From the NCBI GenBank assembly GCA_964392435.1, contig CAYMOY010000002.1, forward strand, positions 116,479 through 180,478: a DNA stretch of 64,000 bases, given 5' to 3'. The notes beneath the pieces were generated by a model, which was not told the origin of the DNA, made no database searches, and saw nothing but the letters and a program-made list of their open reading frames with translations. Position 1 is the first letter of the stretch. Each line of letters opens with the position of its first letter. This document shows, in pieces, positions 47,428 through 55,934 of the stretch. Origin of the DNA: Candidatus Micrarchaeota archaeon (GTDB lineage: Archaea > Micrarchaeota > Micrarchaeia > Anstonellales > Anstonellaceae). The translations under genes were made by a program, and so were the position numbers.

Positions 47428-48288
47428 ATGCAATCCGGCGACATCTGGCTCCCGCTCCTGCTTGCATTTCTCGCAGGGCTGTCAACCGCAATCGGCGGGC
47501 TCATCTGCCTATCCATCCGCAGGTTCGACCAGCGCTACTTGGCATTTGGCCTCGGGCTTTCGGCGGGCGTGATGATTTACGTTTCATTTGCCGAGCTTCT
47601 GGCATCCGCTGTCCTGCAGACCGGCTTTTTCGCGGCAAACGTGGCCTTCTTCGGGGGCATGCTCGCCATCATGCTGATTGATTTTTTCGTGCCGCACAAT
47701 TACATCGCGGAAAGGGTCTGCTCCGGCATGCCAAACGTGCCCATCAGCGCGCCGCTTGGCTCCGCAATGCACAGCCAGTGCAGGCTCCGCGGCTTTGGCA
47801 GAGGGCAAAGGATGAGGCATGGCATGCACAGTCACCACCGCCTTGCAGTTGCAGGCACGTTCACCGCAATCGGGATAGCGATACACAACCTGCCAGAGGG
47901 GCTGAGTGTGTTTCTCGGAGGGGTTGCCGACCCTGCGCTTGGCATCACGCTTGCATTTGCCATAGCAATGCACAACATACCTGAAGGGATTGCAATCGCA
48001 CTGCCGATTTACTACGCCACAAAAAGCCGCGCAAAAGCGTTCCTTTACACTCTCGCAGCAGGGCTTGCCGAGCCTTTTGGGGCGATTCTCGGCGCGCTTT
48101 TCCTCCTTCCGTTCCTTACGCCCAATTTCCTGTCCCTTTCCCTCGCGTTCGTGGGCGGCATAATGGTTTTCATAAGCTTTGACGAGCTGCTGCCGCTCTG
48201 CTTCGAGAACCGCGAAGGCAGCCACGCTTCGATACTGGGCATAATAATCGGAATGATGGCAATGGCGATAAGCCTGCACCTGATTTGA
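47428..48288 (+). CDS. zupT: ZIP-family divalent metal transporter (ZupT-like)
   Basis: HNLPEGLSVF and HNIPEGIAIALP motifs; ~8 TM. Confidence 0.7.
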   Translation: MQSGDIWLPLLLAFLAGLSTAIGGLICLSIRRFDQRYLAFGLGLSAGVMIYVSFAELLASAVLQTGFFAANVAFFGGMLAIMLIDFFVPHNYIAERVCSGMPNVPISAPLGSAMHSQCRLRGFGRGQRMRHGMHSHHRLAVAGTFTAIGIAIHNLPEGLSVFLGGVADPALGITLAFAIAMHNIPEGIAIALPIYYATKSRAKAFLYTLAAGLAEPFGAILGALFLLPFLTPNFLSLSLAFVGGIMVFISFDELLPLCFENREGSHASILGIIIGMMAMAISLHLI

Positions 48289-48305
48289 TTTTTGGCTGCT
48301 TCGCG

Positions 48306-49052
48306 CTAATGGTGCATCGAGCGCGCCACAAGCCAGATTATCGCCGCCCCAGCTATAAGAAGCATGAGCTGAAGTGCCGACTTTTTTGCGCTCTTCTCCT
48401 TGTGGAGCTCGGGCAGGAGGTCGGCGGCTGCGATGTATATGAACATGCCCGCAGTGAACGCAAGCGCAAAGCCCTCCATGTGCTCAACCATGCCTGAGAA
48501 AAAGTAGAAAAGCACCCCTCCGGCAACGGCTGTGAGCGCGGAAAGCAGGTTGAACGCAAGCGCCCTGGCGCGCGAAAAGCCGCTGTACAGCAACAGCCCG
48601 TAGTCTCCTATCTCCTGCGGTATTTCATGGAGCGCTATTGCCACTGTGGTGGTTACGCCAAGCGGAACATCCACCATGAAGGCAGCCGCGATTGCCACTC
48701 CGTCAAAGAAATTGTGCAAGCCGTCACCAAGGAGCGTGAGCGTGCCAAGCGGCTTGTGGTGCTCCTTTTCGCTTCCAGCATGGTGGTGGTGCCAGTGCAC
48801 CAGCTTTTCAAGGCAAAACGCTATTATGATGCCTATAAATACAAATTCAAGAGCAGTATGCGCATCCAGAATTTCCACTGATTCCGGGAGGATGTCGAAC
48901 AGAGCGGCACCAAGAAGCGTGCCGGTGGCAACGCTCACAAGGAAGAAAAGGTAATCGTCGATTTTCCTCTTTTCGAATATGAAAAGCACAATCCCGACGA
49001 GCGAAAGCATGCTGACAAACACCGTGGCGGCAATTATCTCAAACAACACCAT
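48306..49052 (-). CDS. second ZIP-family metal transporter (GufA-like)
   Basis: ALHEIPQEIGDYGLLL, His-rich loop HWHHHHAGSEKEHH. Confidence 0.65.
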   Translation of the reverse strand: MVLFEIIAATVFVSMLSLVGIVLFIFEKRKIDDYLFFLVSVATGTLLGAALFDILPESVEILDAHTALEFVFIGIIIAFCLEKLVHWHHHHAGSEKEHHKPLGTLTLLGDGLHNFFDGVAIAAAFMVDVPLGVTTTVAIALHEIPQEIGDYGLLLYSGFSRARALAFNLLSALTAVAGGVLFYFFSGMVEHMEGFALAFTAGMFIYIAAADLLPELHKEKSAKKSALQLMLLIAGAAIIWLVARSMHH

Positions 49053-49148
49053 GATGGCACCGTTAACGCATTTGAATGAAATAGTTATTAATATTTTCTT
49101 ATAATGTTATTAACAAGCGGCGCATTTTGCGCAGGAAATTATTAACAG

Positions 49149-49541
49149 GTGAAAAACATGCCCATAATCAGCGTTTCAATCGACAATGAAACCCTCTCAG
49201 AACTAGGTGCCATTGAGAAGTCGCTTGGCTTTTCAGGAAGAAGCGAGGCAATACGCGCCGGTGTGCGATCATTGGTCGCAGAGAACAGGAGCGTGGAAAA
49301 TCTGTCAGGCGAAATAAAGGCGGTGCTTCTTCTAGTTCACGAGGAAAACGCGGAGAAAAGCGCCTCCTTCCTTGCGCATGAATTCGAGGACGCGGTTTCC
49401 ACGCACATCCACAGCAACCTCAAACGCGAGAAATGCCTGGAGATATTCGTGCTTGCCGGAAGCGCGGAGCGCATCCGCGCGCTTTTCAAGGCTGCAAAAT
49501 CAAGCAGGAAAATGGAGTATGCGCGGCTCGTGGTGCCATGA
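49149..49541 (+). CDS. NikR-like ribbon-helix-helix metal-responsive regulator
   Basis: N-terminal RHH IISVSIDNETLSELGAIEKSLGFSGRSEAIRAGVRSL plus C-terminal ACT-like domain ...HIHSNLKREKCLEIFVLAG. Confidence 0.55.
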   Translation: MKNMPIISVSIDNETLSELGAIEKSLGFSGRSEAIRAGVRSLVAENRSVENLSGEIKAVLLLVHEENAEKSASFLAHEFEDAVSTHIHSNLKREKCLEIFVLAGSAERIRALFKAAKSSRKMEYARLVVP

Positions 49542-49696
49542 ACAAAAAGGGGAAAATAGTACATAAAAATAACGGCAACGCCAGCCTTGCAGCAGGCGCG
49601 CTTTTGGGCGTTGGGGCGGTTGCCTGCCCATGCCCGTTCTGCGTAGGCTCGGCGCTCCTTTTCCTTCTTAACGGAATACGCGAAGAACTCTCCTGA
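49538..49696 (+). CDS. small membrane peptide with CPCPFC motif (52 aa)
   Basis: ATG overlaps NikR stop. AGALLGVGAVACPCPFCVGSALLFLL is hydrophobic with a metal-binding-like Cys cluster. Speculative. Confidence 0.25.
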   Translation: MNKKGKIVHKNNGNASLAAGALLGVGAVACPCPFCVGSALLFLLNGIREELS

Positions 49697-49994
49697 TTTT
49701 CTGGTGCCTGGAAAGGTATAAAAACAGCCTCACCAAGAAAAGATATGGTGCTGAAATGCGGATGAGAACTGTTGCACACTGTTCTTTCCCTGTCATCAGC
49801 CACGCTTCTTTCTCCACCACGCAGACTACAACCGGGCTCTAGCCTTTGGTCTGGGTGACTGGCAAATTGCTCGGACCTCTTGAAAACGATTAGTTTTGAC
49901 TTTGGCTTTTGAAGGAGGACAAATTTCCAGAGAAATTTGTCCGCATTGGAAATTTATAGAATTTCCAATACAATAAAAAAATCGAGGTGTTCCA

Positions 49995-51557
49995 ATGGAA
50001 AAATCACGTGCATGCGCGGTTGTAGGAAAAAGCACGTCTTCCCGGTTTTCGGCGCAAACAGACCCCAAAACCGAGCCCGCCGCATCAAAAGCAAGACAAG
50101 AAACGGATGCGCTCAGGAAAGAGGGGAAGCTGAAGTCGCATTGGTACATAATAGCTCCATCCGACAGGACGCTTCACCCAATCGCCCTTGAAAACGGGCA
50201 GATAACCGGCTTTGACGCGTCAAAAGCGGACAAGCTCGAATCCCTGCTGAAATACGAGATGGCAAAAAACAGGGCGGTTGACAGGGAGCCGCCCCACATC
50301 GCTCTCATGCGCAGGCTTGAGCTGGCGGATTACGAGGAAGGCAGCGACCCGGGAAACCTCCGCTTCTATCCTGCCGGCAGGCTGGTAAAATCCCTGATAG
50401 AGGAATACACCACGCGCGAAATAATCAATTACGGCGGGATGGAAGTCGAAACCCCGATAATGTACGACCGCGAGCACCCCACGCTCAAGTCCTACCTCAA
50501 CCGCTTCCCTGCAAGGCAGTACCAGATTCAGACGCCCAACAAAAGCGTTTTCCTGCGCTTCGCGGCGTGCTTCGGGCAGTTTCTGATGATGAAGGACGCG
50601 GTCATTTCCTACCGAGACCTCCCGGTGCGCCCCTATGAGCTTACCCGATATTCCTTCCGTGTCGAGCAGTCCGGGGAGCTTGCCGGATTGCGGCGCCTGC
50701 GCGCATTCACCATGCCGGACTGCCACGCCATGTGCGCGGATTTACCCATGGCAAAGGAAGAGTTCCTGCGCCGCTTCGAAGTGGCGCGCGGTATCCAGGA
50801 AGGCATAGGCTTTTCCTTCCCGGCCGACTTTGAGTTCTCGCTGCGCGCGGTGGAAAGCTTCTACGACGAAAACAAGGATTTCGTGCACTCCATTGTGGAC
50901 AAGATGGGCAAGCCCGCGCTCATTGAGCTTTGGGACGAGCGCTTCTTCTACTTCGTCTTCAAGATGGAATGGAATTTCATTGATGCGCTTTCCAAGGCCG
51001 CCTGCTTGACAACCGACCAAATAGATGTGGAGAACGGAGAGCGCTACGGGATAACCTACGCGGACAAGGAAGGCAGAAAGAAGAATCCGTTTATACTCCA
51101 TCTTTCACCGACAGGAAGCATCGAGCGTGTGATTTATGCCCTGCTTGAGCGCGAACACATGAAAGCCGAGTCGGGCGGAAAGGCGATGTTGCCCATATGG
51201 CTCTCGCCCACCCAGGTTAGAATTATACCCGTGTCTGACAAATTCAACGAGGCTGCGCATAGAGCGGCAGAAGAGTTGGCGTTGCATCCCATTCGCGCGG
51301 ACGTGGACGACCGACCCGACAGGATTGGAGCGAAAATACGCAAAGCCGAGTCTTCCTGGGTTCCCTATATTGCTGTAATCGGGGAAAAAGAGCTTGCCAG
51401 CGGAAATCTAACCGTGCGAATCCGTTTCACCGGAGAGCAGAAGGAATTCAATGCCCAGTCTCTTTCGCAGGAGATACTTTCGGAAACATCGGGCATGCCG
51501 TTCAAGAAGCTCTCACTTGACCGCTCGCTAGACAAGCGCCCGATTTTCGTCGGTTGA
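49995..51557 (+). CDS. thrS: threonyl-tRNA synthetase, catalytic/anticodon-binding form without recognisable N-terminal editing domain
   Basis: Class II motifs FRVEQSGELAGLRRLRAFTMPDCH and LHLSPTGSIERVIYALLE; anticodon-binding C-terminus. No TGS or editing-domain motifs in N-terminal ~100 aa. Confidence 0.7.
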   Translation: MEKSRACAVVGKSTSSRFSAQTDPKTEPAASKARQETDALRKEGKLKSHWYIIAPSDRTLHPIALENGQITGFDASKADKLESLLKYEMAKNRAVDREPPHIALMRRLELADYEEGSDPGNLRFYPAGRLVKSLIEEYTTREIINYGGMEVETPIMYDREHPTLKSYLNRFPARQYQIQTPNKSVFLRFAACFGQFLMMKDAVISYRDLPVRPYELTRYSFRVEQSGELAGLRRLRAFTMPDCHAMCADLPMAKEEFLRRFEVARGIQEGIGFSFPADFEFSLRAVESFYDENKDFVHSIVDKMGKPALIELWDERFFYFVFKMEWNFIDALSKAACLTTDQIDVENGERYGITYADKEGRKKNPFILHLSPTGSIERVIYALLEREHMKAESGGKAMLPIWLSPTQVRIIPVSDKFNEAAHRAAEELALHPIRADVDDRPDRIGAKIRKAESSWVPYIAVIGEKELASGNLTVRIRFTGEQKEFNAQSLSQEILSETSGMPFKKLSLDRSLDKRPIFVG

Positions 51558-51884
51558 GGAGACAGAGAAACGGTAGATGCGCTAGCTGTGCCTTGCATTT
51601 TTTTTAGCTGTTTTCTTTAGTTGCGCACCTTCTGCGCTTATTTCTGAAAAGTGCGCAGAATGCATTTACGCTCAACCTAGCTGCTCAGATTCCACGTCTG
51701 TAAACCAGAAAATTTAAGCGTAGAATTAAGCGCAGGGAAAAGGCAGAAAACCGCCTTTTTCGCCTTGACCACATAAGCTTAAATCGAGCTGCGCAAAGCC
51801 TCGTTTTCATTCGAGAAAGAAGCGCAATTTTCAGCGCCTAACGCTCTCTATTATATTTATCTGCATGTGCCCGCGTCTATACGC

Positions 51885-52745
51885 CTATCTTCGCCTGAAA
51901 AGCTGCCTGAGGGTCTCCTTTATCTTGCCCCGCGTAATTACATCCCCATAATGGGAATATTTGTATTTCAGCCCTCTTTTCGTGACAAGGATGAACGACC
52001 TGTCATATTCCCTCTGGTAAAAGGCAAACTTGCTTTCCAGCCAATCTGGCTGCCTTGAAAGGCTCTTGCCAGTCTCGACGTCAAAGCAGAACTGCTTGCC
52101 TTTCCAATTGGCTACCAAATCAGGGCCACTTGTGGCGTTCATCCTAATATCGTCCGTGTACTTTCGAAGCTCGGTTTCAAGGATATAGCAAAAGAACGCA
52201 TGCTCCTTGCTCTCGTTGTGCCTTGTCTTCACCCAATAGTGGGCTGCGCCTGAAGTGCCAAAAGGGCTTGTCTTTATCACGTTATAGCCAAGCGTGTATA
52301 GCTTCCCCTTCTGCCTTTCCGTAAGGCTGCTTGAAAGGAAAAGGTTCCCGCTCAGGTCAAACTCCTTCTTTTCTTCCTCCTCCCAGTCGCTGTCAATAGC
52401 GGTTTCAGGCACTCTCAGCTTTTCGAGCCGTTCTGCTTCCCTTTCCGCCGCGAGTTTCTCTGCACGTTCCTTTTTCCTCTGCTCTTTTGCAAATTCCAGC
52501 TGGGTTCCCAGAAGTTTGCTTGAGGTTTGGTGATTCAAGTAAGTCAGCCCATCTACCTTTGCTGGAAAGACGCGGCAGTGGATTTCGCCATAAAGCCACC
52601 ACAGGATTCTGGCAATTGCAAAACCAATGACAAAAGGCAGCGCAGTCAAAACAGCCAGCCCGATGACTACTGGCACAAGGGCGAGGCCTAGCAAGACGAG
52701 AGCACCTATTACCAGTCGCTCTAGGAGCTCGTATTCGTTGACCAC
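51885..52745 (-). CDS. membrane-anchored protein with C-terminal PD-(D/E)xK-like (restriction-endonuclease-fold) domain; co-transcribed with integrase
   Basis: Two N-terminal TM helices, charged coiled-coil linker. ILETELRKYTDD...PDLVANWKGKQFCFDVETGKS fits the E...D...(D/E)xK arrangement. Stop 3 nt from integrase gene. Confidence 0.35.
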   Translation of the reverse strand: MVNEYELLERLVIGALVLLGLALVPVVIGLAVLTALPFVIGFAIARILWWLYGEIHCRVFPAKVDGLTYLNHQTSSKLLGTQLEFAKEQRKKERAEKLAAEREAERLEKLRVPETAIDSDWEEEEKKEFDLSGNLFLSSSLTERQKGKLYTLGYNVIKTSPFGTSGAAHYWVKTRHNESKEHAFFCYILETELRKYTDDIRMNATSGPDLVANWKGKQFCFDVETGKSLSRQPDWLESKFAFYQREYDRSFILVTKRGLKYKYSHYGDVITRGKIKETLRQLFRRR

Positions 52746-52747
52746 GC

Positions 52748-53956
52748 TTATTCCTCCAACAATTCCTTGTCCAGCCCCATCGCAAAAACCTTCTTGACCA
52801 GAAGCGCCTTCACCTCCGGGTCCTGCATAAGGACGTTCATTATCCCATTCCCCTGTTTGTTGTAGTCGCTGATGAGCACCTTTTCGTCAAACGGGTTGCC
52901 GCACCTGCCGCAGAAGGACTGCGTCGGCGAGTTCTTTTCCTTGCAGCGGGAGCAGATCCGAAGGTCGAGCTTGGGCTCTTTTTCGATTGGCTTGTCTTTC
53001 ATGGAATACATTTGCAGAAGCGCCGAGTCAACATCCCTGCCGGATAAATGAACATAGGTGGCAGCCATCTCGCTTCCCTGCGTCCAGCCGAAATACTCTT
53101 TCATTTGTGCTTCGGTCAGCTTGTTTGCGAGGGAAGTTGCTCGGCTGTGCCTGAACAAGTGCGGATAAATGCGTTTTCTTATGCCGCTTGCCTTGCTTGC
53201 CCTTCGGAGCATTGCGAGTATTGACGGGTACGAGCAAGGCACTGGCTGGTAGCGGGCAAGCCTTGCAGGCCATAATGGAGCGTCCGGATTGTTTTTGTCC
53301 GGATGTTCCTGAAGCCATGCGGCAAGAACCTGAGCGCTGGCAATTATTCTTACCCTTCTGCTGCCAGTCTTGCCGTTGACGATAAGCACAACCCCGTAAT
53401 TGTCGAACTGGACGTTCTTGAGCTTGAGGTAAAGCATTTCACCTATGCGGCAGCCGGACTCGTATAATGCCAAAACAAGCGCCTTGTCGCGTGGATTTGT
53501 GGTCGAGTTGGCGAGCTTTTGTGCCTCCTCAACGGTCAATAATTCCTCTGGCAGCTTGTGCTTTTCATTTTTCAGCCTTGGCTTGAGCCACTTTATGACC
53601 TTGGGAAATTCCTCGTCTTTCCCCAGAAGCCACTTGTAGAACATTTTGAGCACGATTTTGAAGTCGTACCTCGTATATTCCGCATAGTTTTTGGAGTCAA
53701 TGTCTGTAACCAGCCGAATAAGATCGGTCTTTGTCGCAGTCGAGAAATCCCTGTCGAGCCACTGGGCGAGCATTCGGACACAGTACATGCACTTGACAAC
53801 GCGGAGCTTGCCAGAGCCTTTGGCAAGGCGCATACGTGCGAAGTTTTCGATTTGTGTTTTTGCCTTCGCAGGCAAAGTCGAGGCTTTAAGCCGTTCCAGT
53901 TCCTGCTCGAAGTTGGTCTGCGATTTGTACATCACGTACTCGTTCATAGGGCTCAC
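52748..53956 (-). CDS. int: tyrosine recombinase/integrase (intact, 402 aa)
   Basis: C-terminal HLFRHSRATSL ... YVHLSG (R-H-R-Y catalytic pattern). ~140 bp from the 3' end of tRNA-Leu, same strand. Confidence 0.8.
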   Translation of the reverse strand: MSPMNEYVMYKSQTNFEQELERLKASTLPAKAKTQIENFARMRLAKGSGKLRVVKCMYCVRMLAQWLDRDFSTATKTDLIRLVTDIDSKNYAEYTRYDFKIVLKMFYKWLLGKDEEFPKVIKWLKPRLKNEKHKLPEELLTVEEAQKLANSTTNPRDKALVLALYESGCRIGEMLYLKLKNVQFDNYGVVLIVNGKTGSRRVRIIASAQVLAAWLQEHPDKNNPDAPLWPARLARYQPVPCSYPSILAMLRRASKASGIRKRIYPHLFRHSRATSLANKLTEAQMKEYFGWTQGSEMAATYVHLSGRDVDSALLQMYSMKDKPIEKEPKLDLRICSRCKEKNSPTQSFCGRCGNPFDEKVLISDYNKQGNGIMNVLMQDPEVKALLVKKVFAMGLDKELLEE

Positions 53957-54083
53957 CCCACGATGAGTCCCCTGTCCTGCTTGACCTTCTATATATACTT
54001 AGGCGAGACACGCAACGAGGTGAAGTTAGGGCATTGACGGATGACAGGCGAGGGGCTGTAAGATGCGGCGGTACACCTATAGA

Positions 54084-54105
54084 ATCATGCAAGATGCAGG
54101 GGGAG
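54084..54105 (+). repeat. att core at tRNA-Leu 3' end (atcatgcaagatgcagggggag)
   Basis: Direct repeat partner of 41548..41569. Confidence 0.6.
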
Positions 54106-54179
54106 AGATTCGAACTCTCGAAGGCGCTAAGCCACAAGGTCTTAAGCCTCGCCCATTTGACCGGCTCTGGAACCCCTGC
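54095..54179 (-). tRNA. tRNA-Leu (anticodon UAA), type II; CCA not encoded
   Basis: Hand-folded on minus strand: GCAGGGG-TT-CCA-GAGCCGGTCAAA-TGG-G-CGAGG-CTTAAGA-CCTTG-TGGCTTAGCGCCTTC-GAGAG-TTCGAAT-CTCTC-CCCCTGC-A. Confidence 0.8.
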
Positions 54180-54472
54180 GATAAAATTAGCTGGATTGGC
54201 GTTAAATAGGTTTGCAGGTTGGGCTGCGCGGCTAATGCCCCAACTTCAAGCTGATGTTGCATAATGGGGGTGATGTGCATTTTCCGTAGGAAAATGCAGT
54301 TGTCGAGCGGTTCACCGCTCGGCAATTTGCCAAATTCTGTGAATTTGGCAACTCAGACATGTTCGTTGCGACGAACATGCTGAACCCTCAGGGGGAGCTG
54401 GTGTTGGCTGCTGCCCCCTAGGGGCGGGGAAAGGATTAAATAGCAACGACGAGCAGCACCTTCGGTGATCGA

Positions 54473-54700
54473 ATGGCGGGCAAAAAAATGAAGAAGGCTG
54501 CCAAGAAGGAGACGTGCTGCTGCTCAGGCGGAAATGACAATTTGGAGGAGTGGCTGCTGGTTATTCTGGGAGGGCTGGGATTCGCGCAGGCGCTCGGATA
54601 CCTCAACCTGACCCCATACTACTTCGCGTACGTATGGTCGGCTCTCGTTCTTGTAATTGGAGTAAAGAAGATAATCGACAAGTCCAACTGCAGCTGCTGA
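54473..54700 (+). CDS. small membrane protein with Cys clusters (KKETCCCSGG ... SNCSC)
   Basis: 75-aa ORF, Lys-rich N-term, one hydrophobic stretch; plausible but unverified. Confidence 0.3.
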   Translation: MAGKKMKKAAKKETCCCSGGNDNLEEWLLVILGGLGFAQALGYLNLTPYYFAYVWSALVLVIGVKKIIDKSNCSC

Positions 54701-54832
54701 GGGGCATTTTACTTTTTATTTTTCTTTTCTTCTGCAAGGATAGCGTTGATGCTGCCTTATTTTGGGAAAGGAAATAGGCGCCATTGGTTTTTAGCCCCGT
54801 CTTTTCCGTTGACCCTTTCCCTGGCTTAAGAA

Positions 54833-55882
54833 TCAGAATATTATTTTCGAAAGCTTGTTGGCTTTTGAGGCAATTTTGACCTCGCGCGCAATCCTTCGCC
54901 CCATGCTCATCGGCTCGTCATATTGGTAGGGGGTGTAAGGCGAGCCTTGGGGGTAGATGTTGGTGCCAGCCACTATGCGCGCTGAAACCTCGAACACGAA
55001 GAACTGCAGGTTTTCGTCCACCACAGTCTCCAGGCAAAAAGGCCCGGGTATTCCTCCGAACAGCCGGTCCGCAGACTCAACCACGCTCTTGCCCATGGAG
55101 AGCATGTCTTCCAGCAGGGATTCCCGCATGACGAGAAGTTCATTGCCCACAACAGTGAAAGAGGGTGTGAAGGAAAGCCCTGCCTGCTCCGTCCGGTATG
55201 CCTCGTCTATGTTGCTCTCAAAACGCCTGTCTATGCCCAAAAGCTCAACCCTGCCCTCCAAAGCCTTATAGCCCTCGCGGGAAAGCGGGGAATAGAAGTA
55301 ATGCGGATACGCCCGCACCCCTATCAGGTACTCCTGCACCATGACATTCATGCCCTCGAAGTGCTCGTAGAACTCGTCCGGCGTGGAAACCACCCGGTAG
55401 CCCCTGCCCCCCTTTGCACCCGCAAGCTTGACCACGCAGGGGCGGTCTATCTTGTCAGGCTCTATGGTGGCAGGCACCTGCAGGCCGGCTGCCTTGAGCC
55501 ACTTGAACATCTTCTGCCGGTCCTTTTCCCAGGCCAACGACTCGCGGTTGCCAACCATCGGGACCGCGAGGCTGCTTATCCTGTCCCCGGTGTACTCCAC
55601 AAGCGAGCCGTGCGGGACCAGTATCGCGTTGTCCTCTGCAAGCTCGTCTGATGGTATGTCGCGAAGGTCGTCCACCATGATAAACTCGTCCGGGCAGCCA
55701 AGCGGGAAGGCATCGTAGACCTTGCGGCGGTTCTGTGTGCAAATTCCGATTGTTTTTATGCCTTCCTGGCGCGCGCCGTGGAAAATCTGCAGCGCTGTGT
55801 GCGAGCAGATGGTGGCGAGCTTCAGCTTTTTCTTGTCGTAGCCTGAAAGGATGCTGTGTATTTTTTCGCGAGTTATGTCCAT
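54833..55882 (-). CDS. purP: FAICAR synthetase PurP (ATP-grasp), paralog 1
   Basis: LKLATICSHTALQIFHGARQEG ... VPMVGNRESLAWE ... YFYSPL ... ESNIDE ... GPFCLE ... MSMGRRIAREVKIA: collinear with PurP over its length. Confidence 0.75.
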   Translation of the reverse strand: MDITREKIHSILSGYDKKKLKLATICSHTALQIFHGARQEGIKTIGICTQNRRKVYDAFPLGCPDEFIMVDDLRDIPSDELAEDNAILVPHGSLVEYTGDRISSLAVPMVGNRESLAWEKDRQKMFKWLKAAGLQVPATIEPDKIDRPCVVKLAGAKGGRGYRVVSTPDEFYEHFEGMNVMVQEYLIGVRAYPHYFYSPLSREGYKALEGRVELLGIDRRFESNIDEAYRTEQAGLSFTPSFTVVGNELLVMRESLLEDMLSMGKSVVESADRLFGGIPGPFCLETVVDENLQFFVFEVSARIVAGTNIYPQGSPYTPYQYDEPMSMGRRIAREVKIASKANKLSKIIF

Positions 55883-55934
55883 CTCATCAAAACCTTTTTC
55901 ATGCGTTTTCCCATAAACGGATATAAGCCTGCCC

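Noticed and set aside
47584-48279. 231-aa minus ORF opposite zupT
   Set aside because: Antisense shadow; ZupT frame carries the HNxPEG motifs.
54280-54440. RNase P RNA / SRP RNA in the palindromic intergenic region
   Set aside because: No match to the conserved RNase P (GGAAAGUCCGG) or SRP domain IV motifs; too short.
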